DNA from: an uncultured Acidobacteriaceae bacterium
GTDB taxonomy: Bacteria > Acidobacteriota > Terriglobia > Terriglobales > Acidobacteriaceae
Length of the DNA stretch: 64,000 bases
Assembly (NCBI GenBank): GCA_903828675.1
Contig: CAIKND010000213.1
Location: forward strand, 29,114 to 93,113
Direction: 5' to 3'
A program made the position numbers and the translations under genes. The notes below the pieces were generated by a model. That model was not told the origin of the DNA. It worked only from the letters and a program-made list of their open reading frames with translations, and searched no databases. Positions 1-10,120 of this stretch are shown here, in pieces; the stretch's first letter is position 1, and each line of letters opens with the position of its first letter.

Positions 1-3000
1 GGCCTCGTCATACCGGCCCAATCCCATCAGCGCCTGCATCTTGCTCATGAACGCCCGCTTCGACTCAGGCTCCTGTTTCAGCAGCGCCGAAGAAACATCC
101 AGCAGCTTTGCAAAGTTGTCCTGGAGCGAGTAACCGGCCGCAAGCGCCAGATCGATGTTGGTGCGTTCCCGCTCTGACACGACGTCCTTTTGCAGTTCTT
201 CAAGCAGCGCCACACCCTGGGCCGCGGTCGGCTTGGTGCCAACCATCAGCGACGCCGCCGCCAGCTTCATCTTCCGCGCATCGGCGGCCTGCCCCTTCGT
301 CCAGAACCGTGGAAACACCGGCCCGCCCAGTGGATCGTCACCGCCCTCAAGATGCTGGCCTTCACGCAGCCAGTCCAGAAACACCTTGGCCCCATTCAGA
401 TCGCCGGCCTTGATCCTGTCAAGCATCTCCAGCGCACAGGCATTCGGTTTGTCCACGTCGTCCAGCAGCTTGTAGATTCCGTCTTCCTTCACCACAAAGA
501 AGGTGCCGTTCGTACCGCCTGGTATCTGGAACTTCACCTTGTAGCCAGTGGTGTCGTTGCCTTCGATCTTGGGATCGAAGGCCTGCATCAGGATGTCGAC
601 GCTGACGTCCAGCGATGTGTCCTGGCGCGCCAGTTGGCTGTTCATTTCCCGTCCAGCTTGCAGCGTCTTCTTCTTCTCTTCGGCATCTTCGTTCTTCATC
701 ACCGCCTGGGCATTGCGGCTGGCCAGGGCGTTCAGCTTGGCCTCCGTCAGGTCAGGATCGACGAAGAGCGCGAAGATGTGTTTCACCAGGTCCGAGGGCG
801 TATTGGCGAATTGCATGTCCTCGTGATGCTTGGCCCCGCGCAGCATGCTGGCCATCCCCATGGTCTGGGCGGCATTGTCGCCGGCGGCGCCCGACTCCAG
901 AAAATCCGCGGCCAACGGATACTGGCGGACGTTGGTCAGCATCTCCCCGGCCACCCGCGCACTCTCTTTGAAAGCGCTGTCGCCCGTGGACCGCTTGTTG
1001 GCTTCGGCCAGCCCGGCCTTGCTTCCGTGCAAAAGCGCCTCACTAGCCGACAACAGCGCTGTGGGCTGCTGATTCAGAGTTTGCGCTGCCTTGATGGTCC
1101 CCTCCGGATCGCCACCATAGAAAAGGGCAAAGGCAAGATTATTCGCGAGGCCAAGCTCAGCCAGTTTGTCCTGGCCCAGGTTCTGGTATTCGGCAATCGC
1201 CTCCTTCATCCGGGAGAAGCGGCCGTAGCGCCTCCCGACAGGGTCGTACTCGAGCAGAATCGCGAGATCGCCCTGCATGCCGTGGTCGTCCGGGTCGAGC
1301 TTGATGGCCGCGCGATAGGCCTCTACCGCACCAGCCAGATCGCTGCCGGCCCGCATGTTGCGGCCCACCAGATCGTGCTTCAGAATCTGGGCCAGTACCT
1401 TTTCCGCCAGGGCCGATTTCGGTTCAAGCTTTACGGCCAGCCGTGCTTCAGCGCGTGCAGCCTCGCCCATGCCCGCCTCCAGCAGCACCTTGGCCACCTG
1501 CAAATGATGTACCGCCTCATTGGGGTGCAGCGCCACCAGGCTGCGATAGGCCGCCAGTGCTTCGCGCACCTTGCCCTCGTGGAAAAACGCCGCGCCCTGC
1601 GGCTCAAAGTTCACCAGAATCGCCGGGCCCGCAATGATGTCGGCCACCTTGTTCCGCAACTCTGTTGCCTCGGCCACCGTGTACCGCCGCTTCACCGTAT
1701 CAAAGGTCACATGTGCCGTAACGGCGCCACTCTTGTCCGAGGTAAAGTCCTCGGTCAGCAAAGCGGGGCCTAGCTGGATCGTTGTCCCCTTGGGCAATTC
1801 CTTAGGAATAAATCCAGCTGGCGGCACAATCTTGTAGTGCCACTCGGCGCTGGACGCCTCGCTGAGTTCCCAATCCGCGGTCCGGGGCTTGGTGGGCTTT
1901 TCCTTGTCCTTCTTCTTCTGCTCTTCGGTATCGTCTTTCCGCTTCAGATCGTTTGGCAGCCGGACAAACAACGAGTCCAGCCGGATGGCCGCTTGCGCGC
2001 TGTCCAGGTCAGTGTAGCCACGCTTGGCCTTTTCGCACGCCAGCGTGAGTTCAAACTGCTTTGAAAGGTCCTCCGGGTCGGTGCGGTCCACGGTGGCCAG
2101 GCTTTCGGCAACATACTGCGACTTCACGTAGCCGGTAAGATTGTCCCTGGTTTCCTTGTCAGGCTTGTCGGCATAGTAGCCGCGGTAGTTTGACTCGAAG
2201 ATGCCGGTCGGCTGCGTTCTCTCGGTCACCGTGGCCGGACCGTTCTCGCTCAGAGTCAGTTCGCGGTACTCCAGCAGCACATTCTCTTTTGACGTGGACT
2301 CCGGTATCTTGACCAGTGCCTTGGTGTCGGCTCGCGCAATCAGCGCCCATCGCCCCTGATCGTTGATGGGCAGTTGCCCAAGCCGCGCATATTTGTCGGT
2401 GGCGTCGATCCACAAGGCAGGCTTTCCCGGCACATAAACGATCGCGTGGTCAAACAAGCCCATTCCCGGCAAATCGGCGGGAACGTCCATGCGGGAACCG
2501 GCGTTGAGCAGTGCTACGTTGGCCGGAATTCCCGCCGCGCGCAGCATGGCCACCAGCAGAGTCGCCTTGTCTTTGCAGTCGCCGTATTTGTGGCTGAGCG
2601 TGTCGGCCGGGGTGTGAGGCAAAAGCGCCGCCTCGCCAAATTCGATACCGGTGTAACGCACCTCCCGATCCAGATAGTCCAGAATTGCGCTTTCCTTCGC
2701 GGCCACGGTGGTTTTGCCGGCAATGAGACCGTCAACGATGGACTGCACTGCCGCCGGATCAATGCGGCCGTCTACGATCTTCGCGTACTCGGTCGCCATC
2801 GTTTGCCATGACTGCCCCGTCGAGAATTCAATCTCGGGCACATACGCGGCATCCGGAGGCAGATTCGGATCGCGTGGCTCCACGCCCTCGAGCGCGCCCA
2901 TATCGAAGGTGAGCGTCACCTTGCCGTTGGCCTCGGTGCGCACCAGCTTCAAATCCGGCAGCAGCATACTGGCTGTGCGCAGCGGCAGCGTGGACGGCGC

Positions 3001-3612
3001 TTCCAACACCGCGCGGCTGTGCGCCACCGGAATGGCTTCGCGCCCAAAGCTGATCCGGCTCACATGTCCGGGGCCAAAGAACGGCACTGTCTCGCGTTCG
3101 ATAAACTCCGTCTCCACCACGACGCCGGGGGCAATGGCCGGGAATGGCGCGTGCAGCCTCTTGCCGTCGCTATAGGTTTTGTAGTCGCCGCCCCGTGCGG
3201 GCGCTTCCGTAATGGCATTCGGATCGAGCGTGTGCACAGAGTAGTCCGGCGCAATTACGCGACCGCGAATCTCGGGCCGGGACTGATGCCACGGCTCCCA
3301 ACCCACCGACAAATAGTCCCAGCCCTCCGCGCCTTTTTGAGTGAGTATCTTGTAGACAAAATAGCCCACATAGACAAAGCGCCCAGCTTCATCGAAGGTG
3401 TAACTCTCGTCATCTTCCAGCATGACCACGTTGGTTCCATCGGGCGCGTTTACTGCGGAAGCCGCCTGGTGAAGCGCCTTCGGCTCGATGGAGAAGTGCG
3501 GCGCCTTCCATGTTTCGACCGGCTGCTGCGCCTGTGCGCTCGCGGCTGTCATGGTTGGCAACAATAAGGTAAGAAGGCGGGAAATAAGAGTGCGGGATGA
3601 AAGAGAAAACAC
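1..3612 (-). CDS. DUF3857 + transglutaminase-like + TPR secreted protein (3'-truncated by window edge, >1200 aa)
   Basis: Absent from the ORF track because no stop lies in the window. My minus-strand translation is open from GTG 3612 (GGAG RBS upstream) to base 1: signal-like N-terminus, DUF3857-like 'YKILTQKGAEGWDYLSVGWEP', transglutaminase motifs YGDCKDKATLL / FDHAI / WIDAT, then helical TPR-like repeats. Confidence 0.85.
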   Translation of the reverse strand, partial: MFSLSSRTLISRLLTLLLPTMTAASAQAQQPVETWKAPHFSIEPKALHQAASAVNAPDGTNVVMLEDDESYTFDEAGRFVYVGYFVYKILTQKGAEGWDYLSVGWEPWHQSRPEIRGRVIAPDYSVHTLDPNAITEAPARGGDYKTYSDGKRLHAPFPAIAPGVVVETEFIERETVPFFGPGHVSRISFGREAIPVAHSRAVLEAPSTLPLRTASMLLPDLKLVRTEANGKVTLTFDMGALEGVEPRDPNLPPDAAYVPEIEFSTGQSWQTMATEYAKIVDGRIDPAAVQSIVDGLIAGKTTVAAKESAILDYLDREVRYTGIEFGEAALLPHTPADTLSHKYGDCKDKATLLVAMLRAAGIPANVALLNAGSRMDVPADLPGMGLFDHAIVYVPGKPALWIDATDKYARLGQLPINDQGRWALIARADTKALVKIPESTSKENVLLEYRELTLSENGPATVTERTQPTGIFESNYRGYYADKPDKETRDNLTGYVKSQYVAESLATVDRTDPEDLSKQFELTLACEKAKRGYTDLDSAQAAIRLDSLFVRLPNDLKRKDDTEEQKKKDKEKPTKPRTADWELSEASSAEWHYKIVPPAGFIPKELPKGTTIQLGPALLTEDFTSDKSGAVTAHVTFDTVKRRYTVAEATELRNKVADIIAGPAILVNFEPQGAAFFHEGKVREALAAYRSLVALHPNEAVHHLQVAKVLLEAGMGEAARAEARLAVKLEPKSALAEKVLAQILKHDLVGRNMRAGSDLAGAVEAYRAAIKLDPDDHGMQGDLAILLEYDPVGRRYGRFSRMKEAIAEYQNLGQDKLAELGLANNLAFALFYGGDPEGTIKAAQTLNQQPTALLSASEALLHGSKAGLAEANKRSTGDSAFKESARVAGEMLTNVRQYPLAADFLESGAAGDNAAQTMGMASMLRGAKHHEDMQFANTPSDLVKHIFALFVDPDLTEAKLNALASRNAQAVMKNEDAEEKKKTLQAGREMNSQLARQDTSLDVSVDILMQAFDPKIEGNDTTGYKVKFQIPGGTNGTFFVVKEDGIYKLLDDVDKPNACALEMLDRIKAGDLNGAKVFLDWLREGQHLEGGDDPLGGPVFPRFWTKGQAADARKMKLAAASLMVGTKPTAAQGVALLEELQKDVVSERERTNIDLALAAGYSLQDNFAKLLDVSSALLKQEPESKRAFMSKMQALMGLGRYDEA

Positions 3613-3711
3613 GGGACTCCGGACTGCGATTGGAATTTGACAACAACGGTAAACCGACCCGCGTCAGAGCGCAAGCCGCACCATCACAGGCCCAGCGCCA
3701 ACCTGCATAAA

Positions 3712-3764
3712 CGAAAAACGGGGCAGGCTTCAACCTTGCCGGTTGGCGCCTGCCCCGTTTTTCG
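3712..3764 (-). terminator. Intrinsic terminator (possibly bidirectional) downstream of the GH51 gene
   Basis: 17-bp perfect inverted repeat CGAAAAACGGGGCAGGC (3712-3728) / GCCTGCCCCGTTTTTCG (3748-3764), with A/T runs at the stem base. Confidence 0.8.
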
Positions 3765-3790
3765 GTATACCACTAGCTAAGCGTTCGCTA

Positions 3791-5449
3791 TCAACTCAAC
3801 TCCACCACAATCTTCGTCACCGAAGCCGGCGGGAATGTGAAGGTCAGCGAATCCGGTCGCACCGCGACCTCGGCCGCGCGCGTCTTCACTGCGTCAGGGT
3901 GCTCGAACGTGTTGTGCGCGTGCGTGTCGCTCTCGGCCACAACCCACGCCTTCGCGCTGGCCACCTTCGCGCCACGAACCGCGATCTGGGCTTCGCGCGG
4001 CTGGCTTACATCCGGATTGGTTGCGGTCAGGACCAGCGTCTTGCCCTTCAGTGAGGCCGAGCCCTTGAGTCCGGCGAAACTGGCGGGTTTGCCGTCGCGA
4101 TCATAGCGCGCCTCGGGCGACGAGAACTCGGTGCGCAGCGCGGTTCCACCCTGGTGCGCAGCGTACATCTCGAACACGTTAAACACCGGCGTCGTCGCGA
4201 ACTTGTCCCCGTAGCTGAGGAACAGTGAGTTGAGGCAGTTCACCAGTTGCGCGCAGGCCGCCATGCCCACCTTGTCCGCATGACGATTGAACGTGTCCAG
4301 CGACAAGGCCGTCATCACGGCATCGCGCACAGTAATCTGCTGCCCCAGCAACTGCTCCGGCGCATTCTCGGTGCCGGGCCGGTACCAGGGGCCATACTCG
4401 TCGACGACAAGCTTGATTTTGTGGTCCAGGTCAAACTGGCCCAGTGCCGTCCAGTGATCCAGAATCACGCCCTCAATCCGCTCCGTCTCGCGGCACAACT
4501 CGTACCAGTCGATGGGGTCGAACTTCAGCGCGTCGCCCTTGCCCGCATCCCAATCCTGCGTTTTGCCGCGCGACAGGTTCCAGGCGTAGTGATGAATGCT
4601 CAGCCCCCACACGCCATGCATATCGTGGCTCGGCTGACCGCGGAACAGCTTGTTAAAGAACCCGCGCGTCCAGGCCTGCTCGTCCGAGTTCGGCCCCGAA
4701 GCCACAAACCGCAGCGGCACTCCGTAGCTCGGAACCCAGGTGGTGTAACGCTTGAATTCGTTGGCGTAGTCTTCCGGATCGAAGTTGCCGCCGCAGCCCC
4801 AGCTCTCGTTCCCCACGCCCCAGTAGCGGACGTTATAAGGATCGGGAGTTCCATCCGCCTCGCGCGTCTCGGCCAGCGTCGTGGTTCCGCGCGGCGAGTT
4901 GCAGTACTCCACCCAGTGATCGAAATCGAGCGGCGACAGGCTGCGCAGATTCGCCGCAATGTAAGGCTCCGCGCCGCTCAGCTTGCAGAAGCGTACAAAG
5001 TCGTCGGTGCCAAACGTATTCGGATCGAAGACCTGCGGAATATTCAACTTCTGCTGTGCCGCCGGGAACGCGTCGGTCCAGAAGTTCGTGCGCCGCGGCC
5101 GCTTCGCCTTGGGCCCCACGCCGTCGCGCCAGTCGTAGCTGTCGGCAAAGCACCCGCCCGGCCAGCGCACCACGGGAGCCTTGATGGCCCGCATCTTTTC
5201 AATCAGGGCTGACCGCAGCCCATGCTGATTGGCGATCTTCGACCCCTCGCCCACATAAATGCCGTCGTAAATTACCGACCCCAGGTGCTCGGTAAAGTGC
5301 CCATAGATCTCGGGTGCGATGGTCCCGATAGGCTCGTCCACCAGGATCTCGATGTGCGAATCCGCCTGCTGCGCAAGCGCACCGCGCCGCCCAAACACAA
5401 GCGCCGCCGCTGTCGACGCCGCCGCCTTCAGAAAGTTTCGACGTTCCAT
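3791..5449 (-). CDS. abfA: Alpha-L-arabinofuranosidase, GH51, with Tat signal
   Basis: IYGHFTEHLG, VRWPGGCFAD, WGVGNESWG and LVVDEYG GH51 motifs; N-terminal 'ERRNFLK' twin-arginine motif; start moved to ATG 5449 after an AGGAG RBS. Confidence 0.92.
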   Translation of the reverse strand: MERRNFLKAAASTAAALVFGRRGALAQQADSHIEILVDEPIGTIAPEIYGHFTEHLGSVIYDGIYVGEGSKIANQHGLRSALIEKMRAIKAPVVRWPGGCFADSYDWRDGVGPKAKRPRRTNFWTDAFPAAQQKLNIPQVFDPNTFGTDDFVRFCKLSGAEPYIAANLRSLSPLDFDHWVEYCNSPRGTTTLAETREADGTPDPYNVRYWGVGNESWGCGGNFDPEDYANEFKRYTTWVPSYGVPLRFVASGPNSDEQAWTRGFFNKLFRGQPSHDMHGVWGLSIHHYAWNLSRGKTQDWDAGKGDALKFDPIDWYELCRETERIEGVILDHWTALGQFDLDHKIKLVVDEYGPWYRPGTENAPEQLLGQQITVRDAVMTALSLDTFNRHADKVGMAACAQLVNCLNSLFLSYGDKFATTPVFNVFEMYAAHQGGTALRTEFSSPEARYDRDGKPASFAGLKGSASLKGKTLVLTATNPDVSQPREAQIAVRGAKVASAKAWVVAESDTHAHNTFEHPDAVKTRAAEVAVRPDSLTFTFPPASVTKIVVELS

Positions 5450-5487
5450 ATTCGTGCTCCTCACCGGTGATTCGATTTCCTGTTGTC

Positions 5488-7071
5488 TCAGTTGGCCTTC
5501 TGCATCTCAGCCGCGATCTTCCTCAACTCGGGCAGCACATCGCCCAGCGGCACCGGCTTTGCATCCCGTGATCCCAACGCGAAATACACATCGCGATAAA
5601 GCCGGTAAAGCCGCTCATACACAGCCGCAGCCTTCGCATCCGGTTCAACGGTTCGGAACGGGAGGCAAACTGCCGCCTGCGCCTCTTCAATGGTCTTGTA
5701 GGCTCCGGCCGCCAGCAGCGCAAATATCCCGGAGCCCAGACTGGTCGGAATTCCCGCAGGCACCAGCACCGGCTTGTTCAGCACGTTGGCATATACCTGG
5801 TTGAGCACTTCGCTCTTCTGCGGAATGCCGCCCGCGTTGATCACGCGATCGATGCGCACGCCATGCTCGGCCATCCGCTCAAGAATGATGCGGGTGTGGA
5901 ACGCTGTCCCCTCGATAGCCGCGAACAGTTCGTCCTGCGCCGTGTGCACCAGGTTCCATCCCAGCGTCACGCCGCCCAGCTCGGGATTCACCAGCACGGT
6001 GCGATCACCGTTATCCCAGCTCAACCGCAACAGCCCGGTCTGCCCCGCCTTGTAAGCATCAAGCCCTTCAGACAGCGCAGCCACAGTCGTCGCCGCGCGT
6101 TTTGCGATGGCCTCGAAAATATCTCCCGTAGCCGAGAGCCCCGCCTCAATCCCGATGAACCCCGGATGAATGCTTCCGGGTACCACGCCGCAAACCCCCG
6201 GAACCAGTTGCGCCTCGGGCGCCATGGCCATAATGCAGGTGGACGTACCCACCACGTTGACCGCATCGCCTTCGCGGAGGTTGGAGCCGATCGCATCCCA
6301 ATGCGCATCGAACGCGCCCACCGGAATCGGAATTCCCGCGCGCAGTCCCAGCGCCTCGGCCCACTTGGGCGAAAGGTGCCCGGCCAGGTGATCGCTGGTC
6401 AGGTACTCGCCGCCCAGCTTCGCCCGGATTCCGGCAAATAGCGGGTCCACGGCCACCAGGAAATCTTCCGGCGGCAGCCCGCCCCACTTGGGATTCCACA
6501 TCCATTTGTGGCCCATGGCGCACACGCTGCGCTTCAGTCCGCTCACCTTCGAAATCCCGGCAAGGGTAGCCGCCACCATGTCGCAATGTTCAATTGCCGT
6601 GACGAACTTATCGCGCTTGTCAGGATTGTGCCGCAGCCAGTGCAGCAGCTTGGAGAAGCCCCACTCGTGCGAGTAGACCCCGCCGCACCAGTCGATTCCC
6701 TCGAAGCCCAATTCATGCGCTTTCTGCGTTATCTCCTGAGCTTCGGCAAAGGCGCGATGGTCGCACCAGAGATAGTAGTCGTCCAGCGGCTCCAGGCCCT
6801 CGCCAACAGGAATCATGGTCGATCCGGTGGTATCCAGAGCGATTGCGGCAACGGCGGCGCCGTCCACACCCGTGCTTTTCAGCACGTCGCGGGTAGCCGC
6901 GGCCAGCGCCGCCATATGGTCCGCGTGCGACTGGGTGGCGAAGTTCGGGTCCTCGCGGCGGCGGTGCAGCGGGTAAGAGGCCGATGCGGTGCCGATCGAG
7001 CCCTTTTCGCTATCGACAAGAGTTACGCGAACGCTGAGTGTGCCAAAGTCAACTCCGGCAACAATAGTCAT
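5488..7071 (-). CDS. araB: Ribulokinase (FGGY carbohydrate kinase)
   Basis: AGVDFGTLSVR, LDTTGST, LWCDHRA, YSHEWGFSK, WDNGDRT and AIEGTAF motifs typical of L-ribulokinase; adjacent to the arabinofuranosidase. Confidence 0.88.
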   Translation of the reverse strand: MTIVAGVDFGTLSVRVTLVDSEKGSIGTASASYPLHRRREDPNFATQSHADHMAALAAATRDVLKSTGVDGAAVAAIALDTTGSTMIPVGEGLEPLDDYYLWCDHRAFAEAQEITQKAHELGFEGIDWCGGVYSHEWGFSKLLHWLRHNPDKRDKFVTAIEHCDMVAATLAGISKVSGLKRSVCAMGHKWMWNPKWGGLPPEDFLVAVDPLFAGIRAKLGGEYLTSDHLAGHLSPKWAEALGLRAGIPIPVGAFDAHWDAIGSNLREGDAVNVVGTSTCIMAMAPEAQLVPGVCGVVPGSIHPGFIGIEAGLSATGDIFEAIAKRAATTVAALSEGLDAYKAGQTGLLRLSWDNGDRTVLVNPELGGVTLGWNLVHTAQDELFAAIEGTAFHTRIILERMAEHGVRIDRVINAGGIPQKSEVLNQVYANVLNKPVLVPAGIPTSLGSGIFALLAAGAYKTIEEAQAAVCLPFRTVEPDAKAAAVYERLYRLYRDVYFALGSRDAKPVPLGDVLPELRKIAAEMQKAN

Positions 7072-7158
7072 GGGAAGTACACCTCTGGTAAACGCTTTCT
7101 GATTCGCAAACCAGACTACACCATTCCTCTCGCATACGTCTCGAAACCCCAGCCGGGC

Positions 7159-8115
7159 TCAGGCACCGGTCAGAATGCGGTGCACGATTTCAGCGTTCAG
7201 CTTCACTTCGTCCCGGATGATCGGGAACATCCCCACAAACACCCCATCGGTGGGCTTGATGCTTGAGAACGCTGTGCGAAACGCCTGCTCGATGCCGCCA
7301 TCGCCCACCCGTCCGGCGGCCAGAATCTTGAATGCGAAGCAAGGCTTCGGGGTCTGGCGCATCACTTTGTACATTCGCGCCGGATCACTCTGCAGATAGA
7401 TCTCGCGCGGCATCTCCATCAGGTCGCCGTGCAGTTCCTTCTTCCACTCCTCGTCGTTTCGACTGCGGAAATAGACGCATCCGGCAAAGTAATCCACATC
7501 CCAGCCCTGCTCTTCCACTAAGGCGATCACCGCCGGATTGTGCGTCGCCACGCCGGTCAGCACTCCGGTATCCCGCACCCGCTTGCACCACTCGCGAACC
7601 GTGTTCATGGTGCCGTTCCTGAAAGCCACATCCACAATCTCGCCCTGCCGGTGCAGCGAAAGAGGCTTCAATCTCTTCGCCACCGCCGCCGGGTCTTCGT
7701 CGCTGGAGTCGTGCGCGATCAGGTGCATGATCCCGCCCTCGGCCGTAAACCGCTCCCAGCCATCGGGCGTGTGCCCCTTGTTTGTGTAGTTCATGGCGTT
7801 GATTCCGAAAGCGTTCGCGCGGTGCATGACCTCACTCACGCGCTCGGCCGTGTACCACTCTCTCATCAAGCTGCCGTAGGTGGCGTTGAAGTGAGCGCCG
7901 CCGTTGAAGGGATTGCAACCCATCAGCAGACGGCTAATCTCGACGCCGCCAAACTTCATCTTCGGAACCTGGATTTCGGCCGTCTGCACGGCAGTTGCCA
8001 TCAGAGCGCTCTGGGCAACAGCGCCCGGCCCGGTGGTCAGTACGGTTGCGCCGCCCATCATTCCCATGGCCAGGGCCGCGCCCGACTGCAGAAACTCTCT
8101 GCGCGAATTCGACAT
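7159..8115 (-). CDS. Tat-exported hypothetical protein, aldo/keto-reductase-like TIM barrel
   Basis: MSNSRREFLQ twin-arginine signal; 'ISRLLMGCNPF', 'GVATHNP' and 'FAFKILAAGR' resemble AKR-fold segments; catalytic residues not confirmed. Confidence 0.6.
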   Translation of the reverse strand: MSNSRREFLQSGAALAMGMMGGATVLTTGPGAVAQSALMATAVQTAEIQVPKMKFGGVEISRLLMGCNPFNGGAHFNATYGSLMREWYTAERVSEVMHRANAFGINAMNYTNKGHTPDGWERFTAEGGIMHLIAHDSSDEDPAAVAKRLKPLSLHRQGEIVDVAFRNGTMNTVREWCKRVRDTGVLTGVATHNPAVIALVEEQGWDVDYFAGCVYFRSRNDEEWKKELHGDLMEMPREIYLQSDPARMYKVMRQTPKPCFAFKILAAGRVGDGGIEQAFRTAFSSIKPTDGVFVGMFPIIRDEVKLNAEIVHRILTGA

Positions 8116-8272
8116 GCGGGTCACTCCATTCCAAGATCTGCCCATGCGCCGCGTCGGGCCAGCTTGAAAATCAGCCAATTCTAGCACCGGCCTCATGGCG
8201 CTTGCGTGCCGCGAGGTTGCGCACGTATACCGTCCTTCGCCACAGCGGGACAATGTTGGGAGTCGCCAAACG

Positions 8273-9208
8273 CTATTTATTTTTGCCTGGCAGCATGTTA
8301 ATTAACTTGCTCATCAGCCCCGGCTTCGGCGCCGGAGTTGCCGCCGAGGGCTTGCCTGCAGCCGGTTGAGCTGCCGGCGTGGCGCTCTGCGCCTTTGCCT
8401 CGCCGGACGCGGCCTTGCCACTGCTCGCATTCCCGGCCCCGCCCACAACCTCCCCATGAGCAACCGCTGGCTGCGCCGCTCCGTCTGTTCCGTTCTTCAC
8501 CAGGATCGAGATTCTGCGATTCGACGGATCGTACGGGTTGTTTTTTACACGCAGAAACTGGTCGGCATAGCCGCGCACCTGGGTCACCTGGTCGGAGCGC
8601 ACACCGTCCTGCTGCAGCATCCGCCGCGCGGAGTTGGCCCGGTCCGCCGACAGCTCCCAGTTACTGTAACTGGTGTCGGTGGAGTACGGCGTTGCATCCG
8701 TGTGCCCTTCGATCAGCAATGCATTCGGGAGGGTCTTCAGTTCGGCGCCCAGCAGCGATAAAAGCTGCTGCCCGCTCTCGCTTAACTTGGCGCTGCCACT
8801 CTGGTAAAAGGTCCCGTTCTTGTCCTCCAGAAGTTCAATGCGCAACCCCTCGGCAGTAATGGTGATCTCAATCTGTTTCGCGAGCTTCTCGAGTTCCTTC
8901 TTTGCCTTGATTTCCTGTTGCAGCTTGTCTTTCAGTTTTTGCATGTTATCGCCGGCGGCCACCGAGATGGTTTCGCCCGTCCCGGTCATCGTGGTGCCCA
9001 GCAAACTGCCAGTGCCTTTGGGATCGTTGAAGTAGCCGGCCACAGCTTTCTTTACCTTTTCACTTGAACCCATCAGCCACAACACAATAAACAGCGACAT
9101 CATGGCTGTGACAAAGTCGGCGTACGCCACCTTCCATGCGCCGCCGTGGTGGCCGGCATGGCCGCCCTTCCGCTTGATCACGATAATGGGTTGAGTCTTC
9201 GCTGTCAT
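8273..9208 (-). CDS. motB: Flagellar stator protein MotB
   Basis: WKVAYADFVTAMMSLFIVLWL TM segment with the conserved Asp; OmpA-like IEGHTD...NWELSADRANS...NRRI. Confidence 0.95.
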   Translation of the reverse strand: MTAKTQPIIVIKRKGGHAGHHGGAWKVAYADFVTAMMSLFIVLWLMGSSEKVKKAVAGYFNDPKGTGSLLGTTMTGTGETISVAAGDNMQKLKDKLQQEIKAKKELEKLAKQIEITITAEGLRIELLEDKNGTFYQSGSAKLSESGQQLLSLLGAELKTLPNALLIEGHTDATPYSTDTSYSNWELSADRANSARRMLQQDGVRSDQVTQVRGYADQFLRVKNNPYDPSNRRISILVKNGTDGAAQPAVAHGEVVGGAGNASSGKAASGEAKAQSATPAAQPAAGKPSAATPAPKPGLMSKLINMLPGKNK

Positions 9209-9241
9209 CGCACCCTGCTTCTTTATGCCGGTTGGAGATTG

Positions 9242-10120
9242 TTATGCCGCCACCGCGTCAATTGCGACGTCCTTGTTTTTGCAGTTCTTCTCCATCTCGT
9301 CAAAGCTCGGCCGCACGTTGGCGGGAATCGCTCTCCGCCCCATTTCGATGGCGATCATGGGAGCCGAGCCTTTCAGGAACGAGAGAATCAACACCCGCAG
9401 CACGTGCAGATATTCGTTGTGCTCGTCGGCGGTCTTGCGCATGTTCGCACTCAATGGCCCCACTACGCCGTAGCAAAGCAGAATGCCGAGGAACGTGCCC
9501 ACCAGCGCCGCTGCCACCTTTTCGCCGATCTCTTCCGGTGGCCCGCCCAGCGCGCCCATCGTAATCACTACGCCCAGCACCGCGGCCACAATACCCAGTC
9601 CCGGCAACGCATCCGCCACCGTGGTTAACGCGTCCACCGGAGCCGTCGAGGCGGTGTGATGCACCTCCATGTCCAGTTCCATCATCTGGTCCATGTCGAA
9701 CGGGTCTACCCCGCCCGTGATGGCGGTGCGCAGTGTGTCACAGAGAAAATCCACGGCATGATGGTCGCTAAGAAACTCCGGGTAATTCTTGAAGATCGAA
9801 CTCTCCTTCGGCTTCTCGACATCCATCTCCACACACAGCAGCCCCTCTTTGCGCACCTTGTTGAGAAACTGGTACATCATCTTCAGCGTGCTCAGGTAGC
9901 GCGCCTTGCTAAACGGCGAGCCCTTCAGCACACCCAGCAGTCCCGCGATCACGCCCTTGATAATGTAAAGCGGGTTGGCCACCAGCAGCGTGCCGATGGA
10001 CGCGCCCGCAATAATCAGCAGTTCGGCCGGCTGAACGAGGACCGACATGTGGCCCTTCTCCATCAGAAAGCCGCCGATAACCGCTCCGAACACGACGAGA
10101 ATGCCTACGATGGCAAACAT
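9242..10120 (-). CDS. motA: Flagellar stator protein MotA
   Basis: MFAIVGILVVFGAVIGGF start, QPAELLII, LPGLGIVAAVLGVV, VAAALVGTFLGILLCYG; start trimmed to ATG 10120. Confidence 0.95.
   Translation of the reverse strand: MFAIVGILVVFGAVIGGFLMEKGHMSVLVQPAELLIIAGASIGTLLVANPLYIIKGVIAGLLGVLKGSPFSKARYLSTLKMMYQFLNKVRKEGLLCVEMDVEKPKESSIFKNYPEFLSDHHAVDFLCDTLRTAITGGVDPFDMDQMMELDMEVHHTASTAPVDALTTVADALPGLGIVAAVLGVVITMGALGGPPEEIGEKVAAALVGTFLGILLCYGVVGPLSANMRKTADEHNEYLHVLRVLILSFLKGSAPMIAIEMGRRAIPANVRPSFDEMEKNCKNKDVAIDAVAA

Noticed and set aside
190-1773. 527-aa plus-strand ORF
   Set aside because: Antisense shadow of the DUF3857/TPR gene; no recognisable motifs, while the opposite frame has clear domains.
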